DNA of 64,000 bases. Origin: an uncultured virus (IMG/VR IMGVR_UViG_3300025881_000012). Taxonomy: Duplodnaviria > Heunggongvirae > Uroviricota > Caudoviricetes. A model generated the notes under the pieces. That model did not search any database and had not been told where the DNA came from. It saw nothing but the letters and a program-made list of their open reading frames with translations. Location of the stretch: the IMG/VR virus record IMGVR_UViG_3300025881_000012; one strand, written 5' to 3'. Made by a program: the position numbers and the translations under genes. This document shows positions 43,201 through 50,847 of the stretch, piece by piece. Numbering within the stretch: position 1 is the stretch's first letter; every line of letters starts with the position of its first letter.

Positions 43201-43659
43201 CGCAGTGACATTAGTGACAATATAAGCGGGACTGGTATTAAACGTTAAACTGGCTTGAAGTTCTTCAAACCCATTGCCCGTAGGTGCAGTTTCGGTATCA
43301 AAGATGACATTGATAATAATCGTATCATCATCATAACATAACGGTGGAAACTCAACGGGATTTCTAAATGTATTGGTATGACCACCACCTACGGACCTAA
43401 CATCTACTGTATAGTTTCGTGTTCTTGTAACAGGTGGATCACTCGCCGCATTCTCATCATAGAAGGTATCAATGTACGTACCAACGTCCACACTGTTCGC
43501 TGTTTGACCAGATGTGAGTGAACTTGCTTCAGTGGTGGTAATATTACTTAGATATAGACCCGCACGATAGGCTAACCAATCTTCTTCGGATACCAGAAAT
43601 TCTTTGACCGCACCATCATTGGCTAAAGAATTTGAAAATCTAAAAGGTCTTGAAGACAC
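34219..43659 (-). CDS. Giant Tyr-rich repeat protein (3146 aa), putative hairpin fibre
   Basis: Single 9.4 kb ORF (GTG start) behind a late promoter; about 410-aa N-domain, repeat arm, central unique domain, mirrored repeat arm. Confidence 0.9.
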   Translation of the reverse strand: MSSRPFRFSNSLANDGAVKEFLVSEEDWLAYRAGLYLSNITTTEASSLTSGQTANSVDVGTYIDTFYDENAASDPPVTRTRNYTVDVRSVGGGHTNTFRNPVEFPPLCYDDDTIIINVIFDTETAPTGNGFEELQASLTFNTSPAYIVTNVTATPAASNINGNVVTWEKFTNPRLKGQFTATYEISFTQNVGLFQATLDVSSQDSENTPAQVSSSFVGTTRVEDRNAPGASTISHPLYQNNNQIPLQTSSEKRNPVYFDRVRNGLKEMNDNELEVMCARVISNIMQNERPGTYRLSNEAPSADYTAYLENIFTDTRSDGTAITYSIYIKTSDIVPTEIRPLAIKRKNDNVFEALQEMTVPQIDFTLGERSKKVIMDTGIGTYQLRSSAQGAPTDTGVWQPRGKAVDSRLNYDFAGGYEGDRTEEFQYESEYQATYIGTYVASYEGIYVSEYESEYIASYVGTYTTEYEGSYVGEYISGYTGSYISEYVSVYEALYTTSYEGSYLGQYDGAIDVEFFSDKYEGLPVEEVYEQQFYTGTVYDSTYTTTYDSSYTTGYESTYEGIYTGQIEETYEGFYEGDIAEQYIATYVGQVEESYATTYTGQVPEQYTTRYAGQIAEDYVGAYTGQVIEDYTTSYVGQVPEQYETAYTGGVPEQYVGAYTGQVIEDYTTAYVGQVPEQYETAYTGQVPEQYVGAYTGQVPEQYVGAYTGQVPEQYVGAYVGQVEEDYTTAYVGQVPEQYVGAYIGQVPEQYTTGYTGQVPEDYVGAYIGQVPEQYVGAYSGQIPEDYVGSYIGQIPEDYVGAYQGEIPEDYVGSYVGQIAEQYATSYVGQVPEDYIGAYVGQIEEDYVGAYVGQIEEDYVGAYVGQIAEQYTTGYTGQVPEDYVGAYTGQVPEDYVGAYVGQIAEQYATSYVGQIAEDYVGAYTGQVPEQYVTSYVGQVPEDYVGAYVGQVPEQYETAYTGGVPEQYVGAYTGQVPEQYVGAYVGQVPEQYTTSYVGQVEEYYTTAYVGQVPEQYVGAYIGQIAKQYVTSYVGQVPEDYVGAYVGQVPEQYVGAYVGQIEEFYTTGYTGQVPEDYVGAYTGQVPEDYVGAYVGQIPEQYTTSYVGQIPEQYIGAYVGQIEEDYTTSYVGQVPEDYVGAYVGQIPEQYTTAYVGQVPEQYTTSYVGQVEEVYGAEYIGQVPEDYVGSYIGQVPENYLAQYEGQISKPYSAEYTGQVPETYFGTYSRNFEGTYSRNFEGTYGGQYSRDFVGQYSRNFEGNYIGQYARDFVGQYSRNFEGNYIGQYARNFAGTFSRNFEGTYIGQYSRLFAGQYARNFEGNYIGQYSRNFAGVYSRNFEGSYVGQYSRNFAGTYSRNFEGTYGGQYSRDFVGQYARAFIGQYTGTYARNFEGSYSRAFEGNYIGTYSRNFAGNYLNNFAGQYTGAYSRNFLGNYARNFEGSYVGQYSRNFAGNYARNFAGTYTGTYSRNFLGNYARNFSGQYTGTYSRNFLGNYSRNFAGQYTGTYSRNFLGNYARNFSGQYTGTYSRNFLGNYARNFAGQYTGNYARNFAGQYAREFLGNYLGNYARNFTGFYARTFLGAYVGNYSRNFAGNYARNFTGQYTGNYAGNFTGNYARNFAGQYTGNYARNFLGNYARNFAGQYTGNYARNFLGNYARNFAGQYTGQYSRNFSGQYTGQYSRNITNNNTPAGSATITIGLTPNPYVSDEYGYMFGGGSGSISPSSFSFGIPSVTMYNFSKFVPIGAPQNLPIIRVSAGGTHPQFTFTRVQIVGASGTHPTGPYSSPTKNLYTSPSFGSGPAGGYFVSTPPFGPSPLTNWTWSVPYPFGGWTDSFDNPVGTSFGINFFAQSTTSQNFSGQYTGQYSRNFSGQYTGNYARNFAGNYARNFAGQYTGNYARNFAGNYARNFAGQYTGNYARNFAGNYARNFAGTYAGNYARNFLGNYARNFAGAYVGGYARFFLGQYSRNFAGNYLGAYTRNFTGNYSRQFAGQYTGNYARNFAGNYLNNFAGQYTGQYSRNFAGNYLNNFAGQYTGNYARNFAGNYLNNFAGQYTGQYSRNFAGNYLNNFSGQYTGNYARNFLGNYARNFQGTYIGQYSRNFAGNYARQFFGQYTGNYARNFLGNYLNNFSGSYLGSYSRVFIGQYSNNFAGQYTGAYSRNFAGTYSRQFGGNYIGQYSRNFVGQYARNFEGTYTGQYARDFTGEYARNFEGTYTGQYARNFTGNYSRNFEGSYTGQYVRDFVGQYSRNFEGTYTGQYARNFTGTYTRNFEGTYTGQYARNFTGTYSRQFGGNYIGQYSRNFVGQYSRDFIGGYEGFYERTQSITYVGEYERQESVVYQGLYERQQDITYQGLYERSQTIGYQGLYERQQDITYEGLYERQQDITYEGLYERQQDITYTGLYERQQDITYTGFYERQQDATYEGLYERQQDITYEGLYERQQDITYTGLYERTQEITYTGLYERTQGITYTGFYERQQDLTYEGLYERQQDITYTGLYERQQDITYEGLYERQQDITYEGLYERQQDITYSGLYERQQDITYEGLYERQQDITYEGAYERTQEITYEGIYGRTQNITYEGLYERQQDITYEGLYERQQDITYEGAYERTEEITYTGLYERQQDITYEGLYERQQDITYVGLYERTEEITYTGLYERTQGITYEGFYERQQDITYTGLYERQQDITYQGFYERQQDTTYTGLYERQQDITYEGLYERQQDITYTGLYERQQDITYTGLYERQQDITYTGLYERSEEVTYEGLYERQQDITYTGLYERTQGITYEGLYERQQNITYEGLYERQQDITYTGAYERTEEITYEGLYERTEEITYEGLYERTQEITYEGLYGRTQNITYEGLYERQQDITYSGAYERTQEITYEGIYGRTQNITYEGLYERQQDITYSGAYERTQEITYTGLYERQQDITYEGLYERTEGITYTGFYERSQDTTYEGLYTRESPEEYTGFYERESIESYDGEIYETTYTSDYSSAYTSEYESSYLGTYTGFYIPSYQSTYVGIYVATYDAIGYTGSYETTYTGLYDAAYDSEYEALYESAYVGEYGGDIITANYDGASYDGAGYTSVYDSGYSGIFEGAPGAGGNNLNPLDKELPYEGAIYTSTYSGTEFYSGVYGDRDNLLQPPVTYEIWTLWCRVA
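34770..36730 (-). repeat. About 54 tandem 36-nt coding repeats (YERQQDITYEGL)
   Basis: Visible in DNA and translation; synonymous variation between copies. Confidence 0.95.
36730..38115 (-). repeat. Tetrapeptide-based repeats Y[SA]RN-FxGx-YxGx, C-terminal inner arm
   Basis: Aromatic residue every 4th position in the translation. Confidence 0.95.
38625..40000 (-). repeat. Tetrapeptide-based repeats Y[SA]RN-FxGx-YxGx, N-terminal inner arm
   Basis: Same unit and nearly the same length as 36730-38115. Confidence 0.95.
40000..41980 (-). repeat. About 55 tandem 36-nt coding repeats (YxGQVPE[QD]YVGA)
   Basis: Visible in DNA and translation. Confidence 0.95.
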
Positions 43660-43689
43660 GTTATACCAATCTTATAAAATCATTACTGC

Positions 43690-43697
43690 TATTTATA
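43690..43697 (-). promoter_or_regulatory. T4-type late promoter TATAAATA for the giant-repeat operon
   Basis: Exact consensus about 31 nt upstream of the GTG start at 43659. Confidence 0.75.
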
Positions 43698-43920
43698 AGT
43701 TTTTGGTGAGCAGTGTGAGCAGATCTTTTATATCTTTCATATCCGTCTCCATACTACTCAGGCGAGTCTCTATTAATTCTTGCTTTTGAGATTGTTTTTG
43801 ACGGGCTAATTTCTTAGCCCGGGCTAGTTCTACCTTTTTAACATCTACATTTAATATTGTATTGGTTTCGGTGTCGCGAACTAGCCCGGGATATCCTCGA
43901 ACTTCAATTAGATCCCTCAT
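43693..43920 (-). CDS. Small coiled-coil protein (75 aa)
   Basis: VRGYPGLVRD..T.TILN plus heptad C-terminus; coupled to the upstream gene by TAATG overlap. Confidence 0.8.
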   Translation of the reverse strand: MRDLIEVRGYPGLVRDTETNTILNVDVKKVELARAKKLARQKQSQKQELIETRLSSMETDMKDIKDLLTLLTKNL

Positions 43921-46900
43921 TAAGTAGCAAGATACTTAATATTAAGACCTCTAATGGCAGGCGATTCAATAGTGCCTTTCATCACATACTTTGTTTGGAC
44001 TTGAGTGAACTCTTTGAGAGAACCACCTTGACCACCTGGCAAATAGTTTGCTCGGGTGAATTGTCCAGCCGCAGTATTTGCTACTGATGATACCGGTGGC
44101 TTATAGATCCAGTTGCTCAGAGTAATATCTTCTCCTGCAACTGCTGTTCTATAATAAAAGTCTACTCCTGAACCAGGCGGTAGCGAAAGATCTGCTTGTA
44201 CATCTATACCTACAGCAGGGACTTCCAACGTAACCGGTGTTGTGATGTGTTTGGAACCGGTACTACCGCCAGAGGGTTCAGTTTCATCTGTAGACCACAC
44301 AGATATCGTTTGATCTGCTGATGCTTGATCAGGATCATCAATGCATTGTTCTACCAATGTCAATGATGCTCGTTGCAAATCAATAATAGGTGAAACATAA
44401 TCACTAGTCGTTTTCAAATCTAACTTGACATATGCACTTGCGTTTTTACCAGCCACCGCACCACCAATGCCGCTATCAGTTTCGGTGATACCTGCGTGAT
44501 AGATTGCTCGCGGCGAATCAAAGTTTATGTTTTGATCAGCGGTAAGCCTTTCAAAGTTGGATGTTAACCAGCCAGTACCAGGCTGAAAACGATTTGCTAC
44601 ATCACCGCTCGCATGAATACCTGAGATGAATCGTGCTGACATGTCAACGGATGTTCCTTCAGGTATAATCTGCTCTACGGTTGGGTTTGCAGTATCAAAG
44701 ACTCGTGTTTGCTGTGTGATACACTCAGAACCACCACCGCTCATACTTTCACCTAACCACTTTGCTCCTAATGTTACTTGGAAGCCGTGGATGTCAGCCT
44801 TGACCACGGTAAGAATCTGATTAATATTACTAGATGCAGTTAACGTTTCAACACCATCTGTAATATCTGTCGCACCGCTAATTTGAACAGTATCACCTGC
44901 TTGAAGACCATTACAAGGCGCTCTCACATACATTGCCGTACTGTCATTCACCAATCGGATTGGATTATCGTCAAGAAGAACATTAGGTGCATCCGCATTC
45001 TTTAACATAAGTGTACCACCACCTAAGTTAAACTTGGCTCGTGCAATTCTCATCATGAGGTCTTGATCTTTTGCTTCAAACCAGTGAATACCATTCTGTG
45101 GTAAGAACAAAGATCCTGGTGAAGGCTGTGTTGACACAGTTCTTGCTGTAGAACCTAACACAGATTCACGAGTCTTCGCACTAAACAACTTATAGTTTGA
45201 AGATTGTGATGTGATCACAACTGCATAGTGAGTCCAAGGTTGTAAGAATACAGGCTCATCAAATACAAACGATGTTTCGCCACCTTGGATAACCGATAAC
45301 GTAGGACTCAGACCAATCGCATTTATCTCACTAGGTGATTTAAATACATGTGAATCTGGAACTATATCATTATCAGAAGGTTTGCCATTTATAACAGGTC
45401 TGATATGAATAGAGATAGGCAGTGTATCATCTTTTGTCTGGAAAAACAACCCTATTTTCGCAAGGACTAGACCAAACGGATTGTCCACATAGAACGTTTG
45501 TGCCATTGGATTCTGTGGTAAGTTTGTGGGTATAATTGCTGTGCCCGCAAACTGCTTGTTGTTGACATTCACATAATCCGATATGACTTGTCCCATCTCT
45601 CCATTGTATGTTGACAATGTAGAAATAGGAGTCGTGTCTGGTCCATATCTACCTGAGACTTGTGGTTTATACAAGCCAACACTGCCCGCAGATACCTCAT
45701 TGACTGCTCTTCTGAGTTCTTTCTGGTTGAAAGCATTGGGAAACAGACCATAACCAGTTGATAATGGCCATGCATATGACATACCGCGTGTTGTAAGTAT
45801 GTTTCGATATTTGTGCCACATCGCACCAAATACACTGTAGTATGTAAATGCTTTGCTGTCTGCGGCTGCCCAATCATTGACATTAATATCAAGCAGTTTA
45901 AACTCACGAATACCGGATCTGAACCTGAGATAGTTCTGAAGTACTCTACGTCTTTTGCCCTTCTTCGTCAAGTAATAAGATGGCTTTAGATTAGGAATGA
46001 AGAATGATCCTTCAACATTACCGTTGGCATCTGAGATCAAATCAGACGCAGTGTCGGGGTGACCTGTCAATGTGTTTTGAGTAAACAAGTTTCCGTTGTC
46101 GTCTGTTCTGTCAGAGAACTGAACAAAGGCTTCTTCTTTACACCATGCAGATACATCTTTGCCATCAAAAAACGGAGTGAACTTAGTGTTAGGCTTAAGA
46201 CCTTGCGCCTTGAAGTAGACTTTACGTGATCTCATCCAAGGTATCAAAGCAAGATCAATATAACGTCTTCCCACTCGCATTCTTAATGTGTCGTTTTGAA
46301 CAACTCTTCGTACAAATCCAAGAGTGTCTGTTCTACCACGTTCTGACGCATAAGGAGATATTGCGTTAACTGCGTCTCGCGAGGTAGTTGTGGGCTTTCC
46401 ACATCTGCCTACAGTACCTCGAGACTGCCAAAGATCTTCGTCATTACGACCTTTCCAGTTCCACTGCCAGTTGTTCCACAAGAAGGCTTGCTTCACATCT
46501 AATTTACCAGCGCCTCTTAATGCTTTGATAGCATCTTCTTTTGAGTCTTTCCATTCATCAGATGAAGGAGATAATTTGATGACGCCTACATTGTCTACTC
46601 TTCCAAACGGATTTGGATTGACTGATCGTGAAGCGAGTGACTGAAACTTCCACTCATCTGAATCATATGAAAGATAAACATTGTCACCTTTCTTCAGAAT
46701 ACCAGGATCAGTACCAGGAATTGTGGGATTGACAGTACCATAGTTAGGCTCACAAATCAAACGAATGTTGTCTTCATTAGCCTTGGGTCTAATCAATTGA
46801 TTTTCAGGATCAATTGATGCGGCATAGTCATCGTTCTCTGTATCAGAGCCAGTCTGATCATCGCCTAGATCTATAGAAAGACCCGCATCTGCTCGTTCTT

Positions 46901-49394
46901 CGCCCGCACTATCTAAACTAGGAGTATGGAACGCACGGAGTTCAGCAATATTGAACTCTGTATATGTTCTAAGATCATCTATCTTATTCTCTAGTTTGCC
47001 AATATCTGCCATAGTGTAATGCTTGTGTTCAATCGCACGAGTCTGAAGATCGTCTGCGTCTGCCGTATTTGCATTCATGAGAACCTGATATAACTCCATA
47101 GAGTTTTCAGGAGTAGGCTTTAATTGTGGATCACGCGACTGTTGACCCAAAAGCATTTGGATTTCGCCACTCTTTGTAGCGATCAACTTGTCAGCACGTG
47201 GTAACCAGTAATCAATTTTACCTAAAAATGCAGTGCCACTGCGAGGTAATGCCATGATGTTTGTAAAAACACCCGAAGATGATTTGTCTGGCCTTAAGTC
47301 TAAGTAGTTTCTCAGATCAATAACAGTACCGTCTGCTGTTGTATGCTCGGGTATATCTGCATATGTAGCACCAGCATATGATTCTGGAGAATAGAAACCA
47401 CCCACACCACTGTGTGCCCAGTACGTATACTGAACCCATACATCACCGGGGTCTGTCTCACCTTCTTTTAATATCAGGCGACTGTAATCATAATAGTTGT
47501 CTCGCTGACCATCATCTAGAACAAATCGGTCGCTTACATCAATACCACCGGCAACTGTGCCTTTGGTAATCAGGGATACTTGTTGAACATCAGGAACACC
47601 AAGATCAACAACACCGTTAGTTACTGCATACGTAGCGGCAGTAGATGTCGTAAACGTCTTCGTCTTCTTGGCAGTCTCAGTGTCTTGAATGTAATAGATC
47701 AATCTATATTCTACGTTAGAGAGCCCCGTGATTGTCGCATCATAACTAGGCATTGCTTCGGTTACTGTTGGTGTAAATGCCGCTTCAGTACCATCAGTCT
47801 TGGCGATCAACCAGAATTCTTTGTCTGAGTATCTGCGAGGACCTGAGCCGTTACCCAACTGCGTCAATGAAAACGATCCTGTAGAGACAGTGAACGTTTG
47901 ACTATACTGTGCAGTAGATAAGAATCCGCCATCGGCAGCGGCAGTTGACGTGGCTTTTAATCGTGGTCTGGCTGTAGGCATTAACAAGTCGTTGTCTGTT
48001 GCGCCATTCAAAAACGCATCAGTGCCTGTTTCGTTTCGTATCGCATACTTACCAGTAGCGGCAGGATCTTTGATTGATCGGAGTTTACCTAGATCACTAT
48101 CGCCCAGCGATAATGCGGTGTTAAACGTAAAGTCAAACAAGTAGAGTTTAATGTTATCGCTCGCGGCATCAATCGCACGAACTCGTGTAGTACCAAGAAG
48201 TTCTGTTGCGTTTGTGTCTGAGTACATGTTGTGAACAGTACCAAGATCCAGTTCTGGCAAATCACGGGCACTGTCAAGAAGAACATAGTTACCGTAGATC
48301 ACAGACACAGGCTCACCCGGAACACTTTCAAACGCTTGAGATCGTGGTATAATTAACTCAATAGGTGATGGATTGTCAACACGATATCCACTTACATAAG
48401 CAGTACCCGCACCGATAGTGACAGCCAAGTTCTCTGTGTCACCGTCTATCTCATCAAAGTCTAATGTGAAAGGATTAACAATGTAATCACCAGACTCTTC
48501 TTCTGTTCGCAGTGCCATAGCATCTGCAATCTTATTGTAAGAGTCCGACTCTTGAACTTCTTCTACAATTGTGCCATTTTCAACTCGTGCAAGAAAGACA
48601 AACGTGTCATCGGCAGCGAGGTCAGCCTTGTTAGTTAACTGAAGCGTAATTCTGTATCGGTCAGCGCCCGGGCTCGCGGTGTTAGGAGTATCGCCAGCAT
48701 TGTCATAGAGTGCCGGACTGTCATTTACAGTGACCACTTCTTGAATGACTTTAAATCCAATATCACCCTCAAACGTAGCAGTGTAAGGAGATAATATGAG
48801 TGATTGAGGTTCTGAATATACAAATCGCCCGAGAACAAAAAACTCGCCTGCGTCTACTTCAAACCGTGTACTAAAACCTGTAGGAGTAAGTGCTGTAGCG
48901 GTCATTGTTTCAGAACGTCCAACAACACTTAGCGATTTACCTACACCTGAACTAAATCGTACAGGCTCGCTACTCAAAGGCTGGGATGCGCCATCTATGT
49001 ACTGAATATACAATGTATTATCAGTGATGGGTGCAGACACAGTGCCTGAACCTGTCGCTTTGACTGCTATTACTCTTGCTCGGATATTCTCTGGGTTTTG
49101 TTGAATAACAGATCCAACAGGAATATCGGTAAAGGTTCCACTGGTCATTGTGACTTTCACAAAATCAGTGTCCGTTATACAGTCCATGTTACCCGCAGAA
49201 ACAGCCACGCCTTCTTTGAACACATTTCGTCCAAATCTACCCATCTCTTGGTAGATCATAGTTTGAAGTTGTGTTAACTCTCTTGCTTGAAGTGCCCTTC
49301 CAGAGTTAAATAGTATCTGGTGATAATTGTCATCTTCTGTCCAATCGTCGTTGTACGTTCCAGATAATGTTGTACTACTAAATGTGCTTGCCAT
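43920..49394 (-). CDS. Large baseplate-associated structural protein (DUF4815/VrlC-like)
   Basis: ILFNSGRALQARELTQLQT, PGADRY, RTEEESGDY, DDGQRDNYY, PMAQTFYV, SPIIDL motifs; follows gp8. Confidence 0.8.
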   Translation of the reverse strand: MASTFSSTTLSGTYNDDWTEDDNYHQILFNSGRALQARELTQLQTMIYQEMGRFGRNVFKEGVAVSAGNMDCITDTDFVKVTMTSGTFTDIPVGSVIQQNPENIRARVIAVKATGSGTVSAPITDNTLYIQYIDGASQPLSSEPVRFSSGVGKSLSVVGRSETMTATALTPTGFSTRFEVDAGEFFVLGRFVYSEPQSLILSPYTATFEGDIGFKVIQEVVTVNDSPALYDNAGDTPNTASPGADRYRITLQLTNKADLAADDTFVFLARVENGTIVEEVQESDSYNKIADAMALRTEEESGDYIVNPFTLDFDEIDGDTENLAVTIGAGTAYVSGYRVDNPSPIELIIPRSQAFESVPGEPVSVIYGNYVLLDSARDLPELDLGTVHNMYSDTNATELLGTTRVRAIDAASDNIKLYLFDFTFNTALSLGDSDLGKLRSIKDPAATGKYAIRNETGTDAFLNGATDNDLLMPTARPRLKATSTAAADGGFLSTAQYSQTFTVSTGSFSLTQLGNGSGPRRYSDKEFWLIAKTDGTEAAFTPTVTEAMPSYDATITGLSNVEYRLIYYIQDTETAKKTKTFTTSTAATYAVTNGVVDLGVPDVQQVSLITKGTVAGGIDVSDRFVLDDGQRDNYYDYSRLILKEGETDPGDVWVQYTYWAHSGVGGFYSPESYAGATYADIPEHTTADGTVIDLRNYLDLRPDKSSSGVFTNIMALPRSGTAFLGKIDYWLPRADKLIATKSGEIQMLLGQQSRDPQLKPTPENSMELYQVLMNANTADADDLQTRAIEHKHYTMADIGKLENKIDDLRTYTEFNIAELRAFHTPSLDSAGEERADAGLSIDLGDDQTGSDTENDDYAASIDPENQLIRPKANEDNIRLICEPNYGTVNPTIPGTDPGILKKGDNVYLSYDSDEWKFQSLASRSVNPNPFGRVDNVGVIKLSPSSDEWKDSKEDAIKALRGAGKLDVKQAFLWNNWQWNWKGRNDEDLWQSRGTVGRCGKPTTTSRDAVNAISPYASERGRTDTLGFVRRVVQNDTLRMRVGRRYIDLALIPWMRSRKVYFKAQGLKPNTKFTPFFDGKDVSAWCKEEAFVQFSDRTDDNGNLFTQNTLTGHPDTASDLISDANGNVEGSFFIPNLKPSYYLTKKGKRRRVLQNYLRFRSGIREFKLLDINVNDWAAADSKAFTYYSVFGAMWHKYRNILTTRGMSYAWPLSTGYGLFPNAFNQKELRRAVNEVSAGSVGLYKPQVSGRYGPDTTPISTLSTYNGEMGQVISDYVNVNNKQFAGTAIIPTNLPQNPMAQTFYVDNPFGLVLAKIGLFFQTKDDTLPISIHIRPVINGKPSDNDIVPDSHVFKSPSEINAIGLSPTLSVIQGGETSFVFDEPVFLQPWTHYAVVITSQSSNYKLFSAKTRESVLGSTARTVSTQPSPGSLFLPQNGIHWFEAKDQDLMMRIARAKFNLGGGTLMLKNADAPNVLLDDNPIRLVNDSTAMYVRAPCNGLQAGDTVQISGATDITDGVETLTASSNINQILTVVKADIHGFQVTLGAKWLGESMSGGGSECITQQTRVFDTANPTVEQIIPEGTSVDMSARFISGIHASGDVANRFQPGTGWLTSNFERLTADQNINFDSPRAIYHAGITETDSGIGGAVAGKNASAYVKLDLKTTSDYVSPIIDLQRASLTLVEQCIDDPDQASADQTISVWSTDETEPSGGSTGSKHITTPVTLEVPAVGIDVQADLSLPPGSGVDFYYRTAVAGEDITLSNWIYKPPVSSVANTAAGQFTRANYLPGGQGGSLKEFTQVQTKYVMKGTIESPAIRGLNIKYLAT

Positions 49395-49397
49395 TTT

Positions 49398-50816
49398 TTA
49401 TCCTAACTGAATAACTATTCTTATGTCTTCGGTTTGTGTGTCTGCTCTCGTAATACCTTCGGTAACAGTACCCAGACCAAGTGAGTTTACATTATTTATG
49501 TACAGTATTTCACCCGTATATGGATTGAATGTAGGTTCTACTTTAGCAACATATGTTGCTTCCACTGACGATGGTATCGTTTGTACTACCGAATTATTTG
49601 CTGGTGTTGGATCAACCGTCCATTCACCAAATCCTGTGGTAGTATCTTGATAATAATACAGTCGGTTGTTGACCGTATCATGAAAAACGACCTTTGCTTT
49701 AGCGGTTTCACCACTATTGGTAATGGTAGCGTCTTCGGAAAATGTTCCGCTTGCACTGATGCCAGAAAAATACTTTGCGCCATTTGCGGTGTTCTGTGTA
49801 AAGTCAACCGTTGGATCAGCCGCCGTTTTAAATCCTTTGACAATAGACACCTGATTGAAATCGTTCTCTGCGAGAATGGTATCAAACTCATCACCCGCAA
49901 CATCTGTCTGAAGCATAAAGTGCTTTGTCTTGAGTGTGCGTGATGGATTTGCATTCAAACCACCATACGGTGCAATGATAGGTCGCAACACTGCGCCCAC
50001 ACCATCTCCACCTGTTACTTTGATTGACGCATAATCATATCCACTACCATGAGAGAATGTGCCCGCGGCATCAGAGTCAACACGAATTCTCACAATCTTG
50101 TTTGCATCAACTTCGGCAGTAAAAGAAGCACCTGTGCCATTACCCTCAACAGTCAAGGCAATATTATTGCTGGTGTTAGAGAAACCATAACCACCACTAT
50201 CAATCTGAATGTTAATGATTTCACCACCTACCGACGAGTCTTGAAGATTTCGTTGAATACTTTCTTGTGGTATAGGTAGAAACACCGATGTGTCAGTGAT
50301 TGTCTTAACAGGCAACCAATCGTTTGTTTTAAAAGTTGCTACGGCACTATTGCCTAAAGGATACAGAAAACGCCACTTGTATTGATCAGTGGTTCTAAAC
50401 GTCTTTCCTTTTGAGACACCTACTTTGAATGCATCTGCCAAGATTGATGATGGTTCAACAATAGAAGGCACCTGAGTACCGTCTGTAAACTTGCCTGTTT
50501 CAACACAGACAAACACTTCGTTTGCACTGTTGACAACATAAAAACCTATATCTAAATCATTGTCATAACTTGGATATATGGTTCCTGAGTTCCAAGAGTT
50601 AGATGGTACCACATAAGAACTACCACCGACAGTCTTTACTGCTAACATTGTGTGTCTCACACCCTCTTGAAAAGAATCAGACTTGATGTCTTCACCTTCA
50701 GTCAGAGGATCAACTCTTGAATATGCGAGATGATAAGGCGTGGACGCACTGTCTAGATCCTTCTTTAAAAGCCTAAATGTGTTCTCACTAAAACTGTTGG
50801 TTGTAATAGATGTCAT
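49398..50816 (-). CDS. gp8: Baseplate wedge subunit
   Basis: W.SGT.Y..YD, FYVVNS...VFVC, TTDQYKWRFLY, YTGEILYINN, QTEDIRIVIQ. Confidence 0.85.
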   Translation of the reverse strand: MTSITTNSFSENTFRLLKKDLDSASTPYHLAYSRVDPLTEGEDIKSDSFQEGVRHTMLAVKTVGGSSYVVPSNSWNSGTIYPSYDNDLDIGFYVVNSANEVFVCVETGKFTDGTQVPSIVEPSSILADAFKVGVSKGKTFRTTDQYKWRFLYPLGNSAVATFKTNDWLPVKTITDTSVFLPIPQESIQRNLQDSSVGGEIINIQIDSGGYGFSNTSNNIALTVEGNGTGASFTAEVDANKIVRIRVDSDAAGTFSHGSGYDYASIKVTGGDGVGAVLRPIIAPYGGLNANPSRTLKTKHFMLQTDVAGDEFDTILAENDFNQVSIVKGFKTAADPTVDFTQNTANGAKYFSGISASGTFSEDATITNSGETAKAKVVFHDTVNNRLYYYQDTTTGFGEWTVDPTPANNSVVQTIPSSVEATYVAKVEPTFNPYTGEILYINNVNSLGLGTVTEGITRADTQTEDIRIVIQLG

Positions 50817-50839
50817 ATTTTTTCTCTTTTCAACCTATC

Positions 50840-50847
50840 TATTTATA
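50840..50847 (-). promoter_or_regulatory. T4-type late promoter TATAAATA
   Basis: Exact consensus overlapping the gp6 stop, about 24 nt upstream of gp8. Confidence 0.7.

Noticed and set aside
34219..43659. DNA-level palindrome or invertible segment explaining the mirror symmetry
   Set aside because: Both arms read on the same strand and the outer arms have different sequences. No long inverted repeat or recombinase gene was seen.
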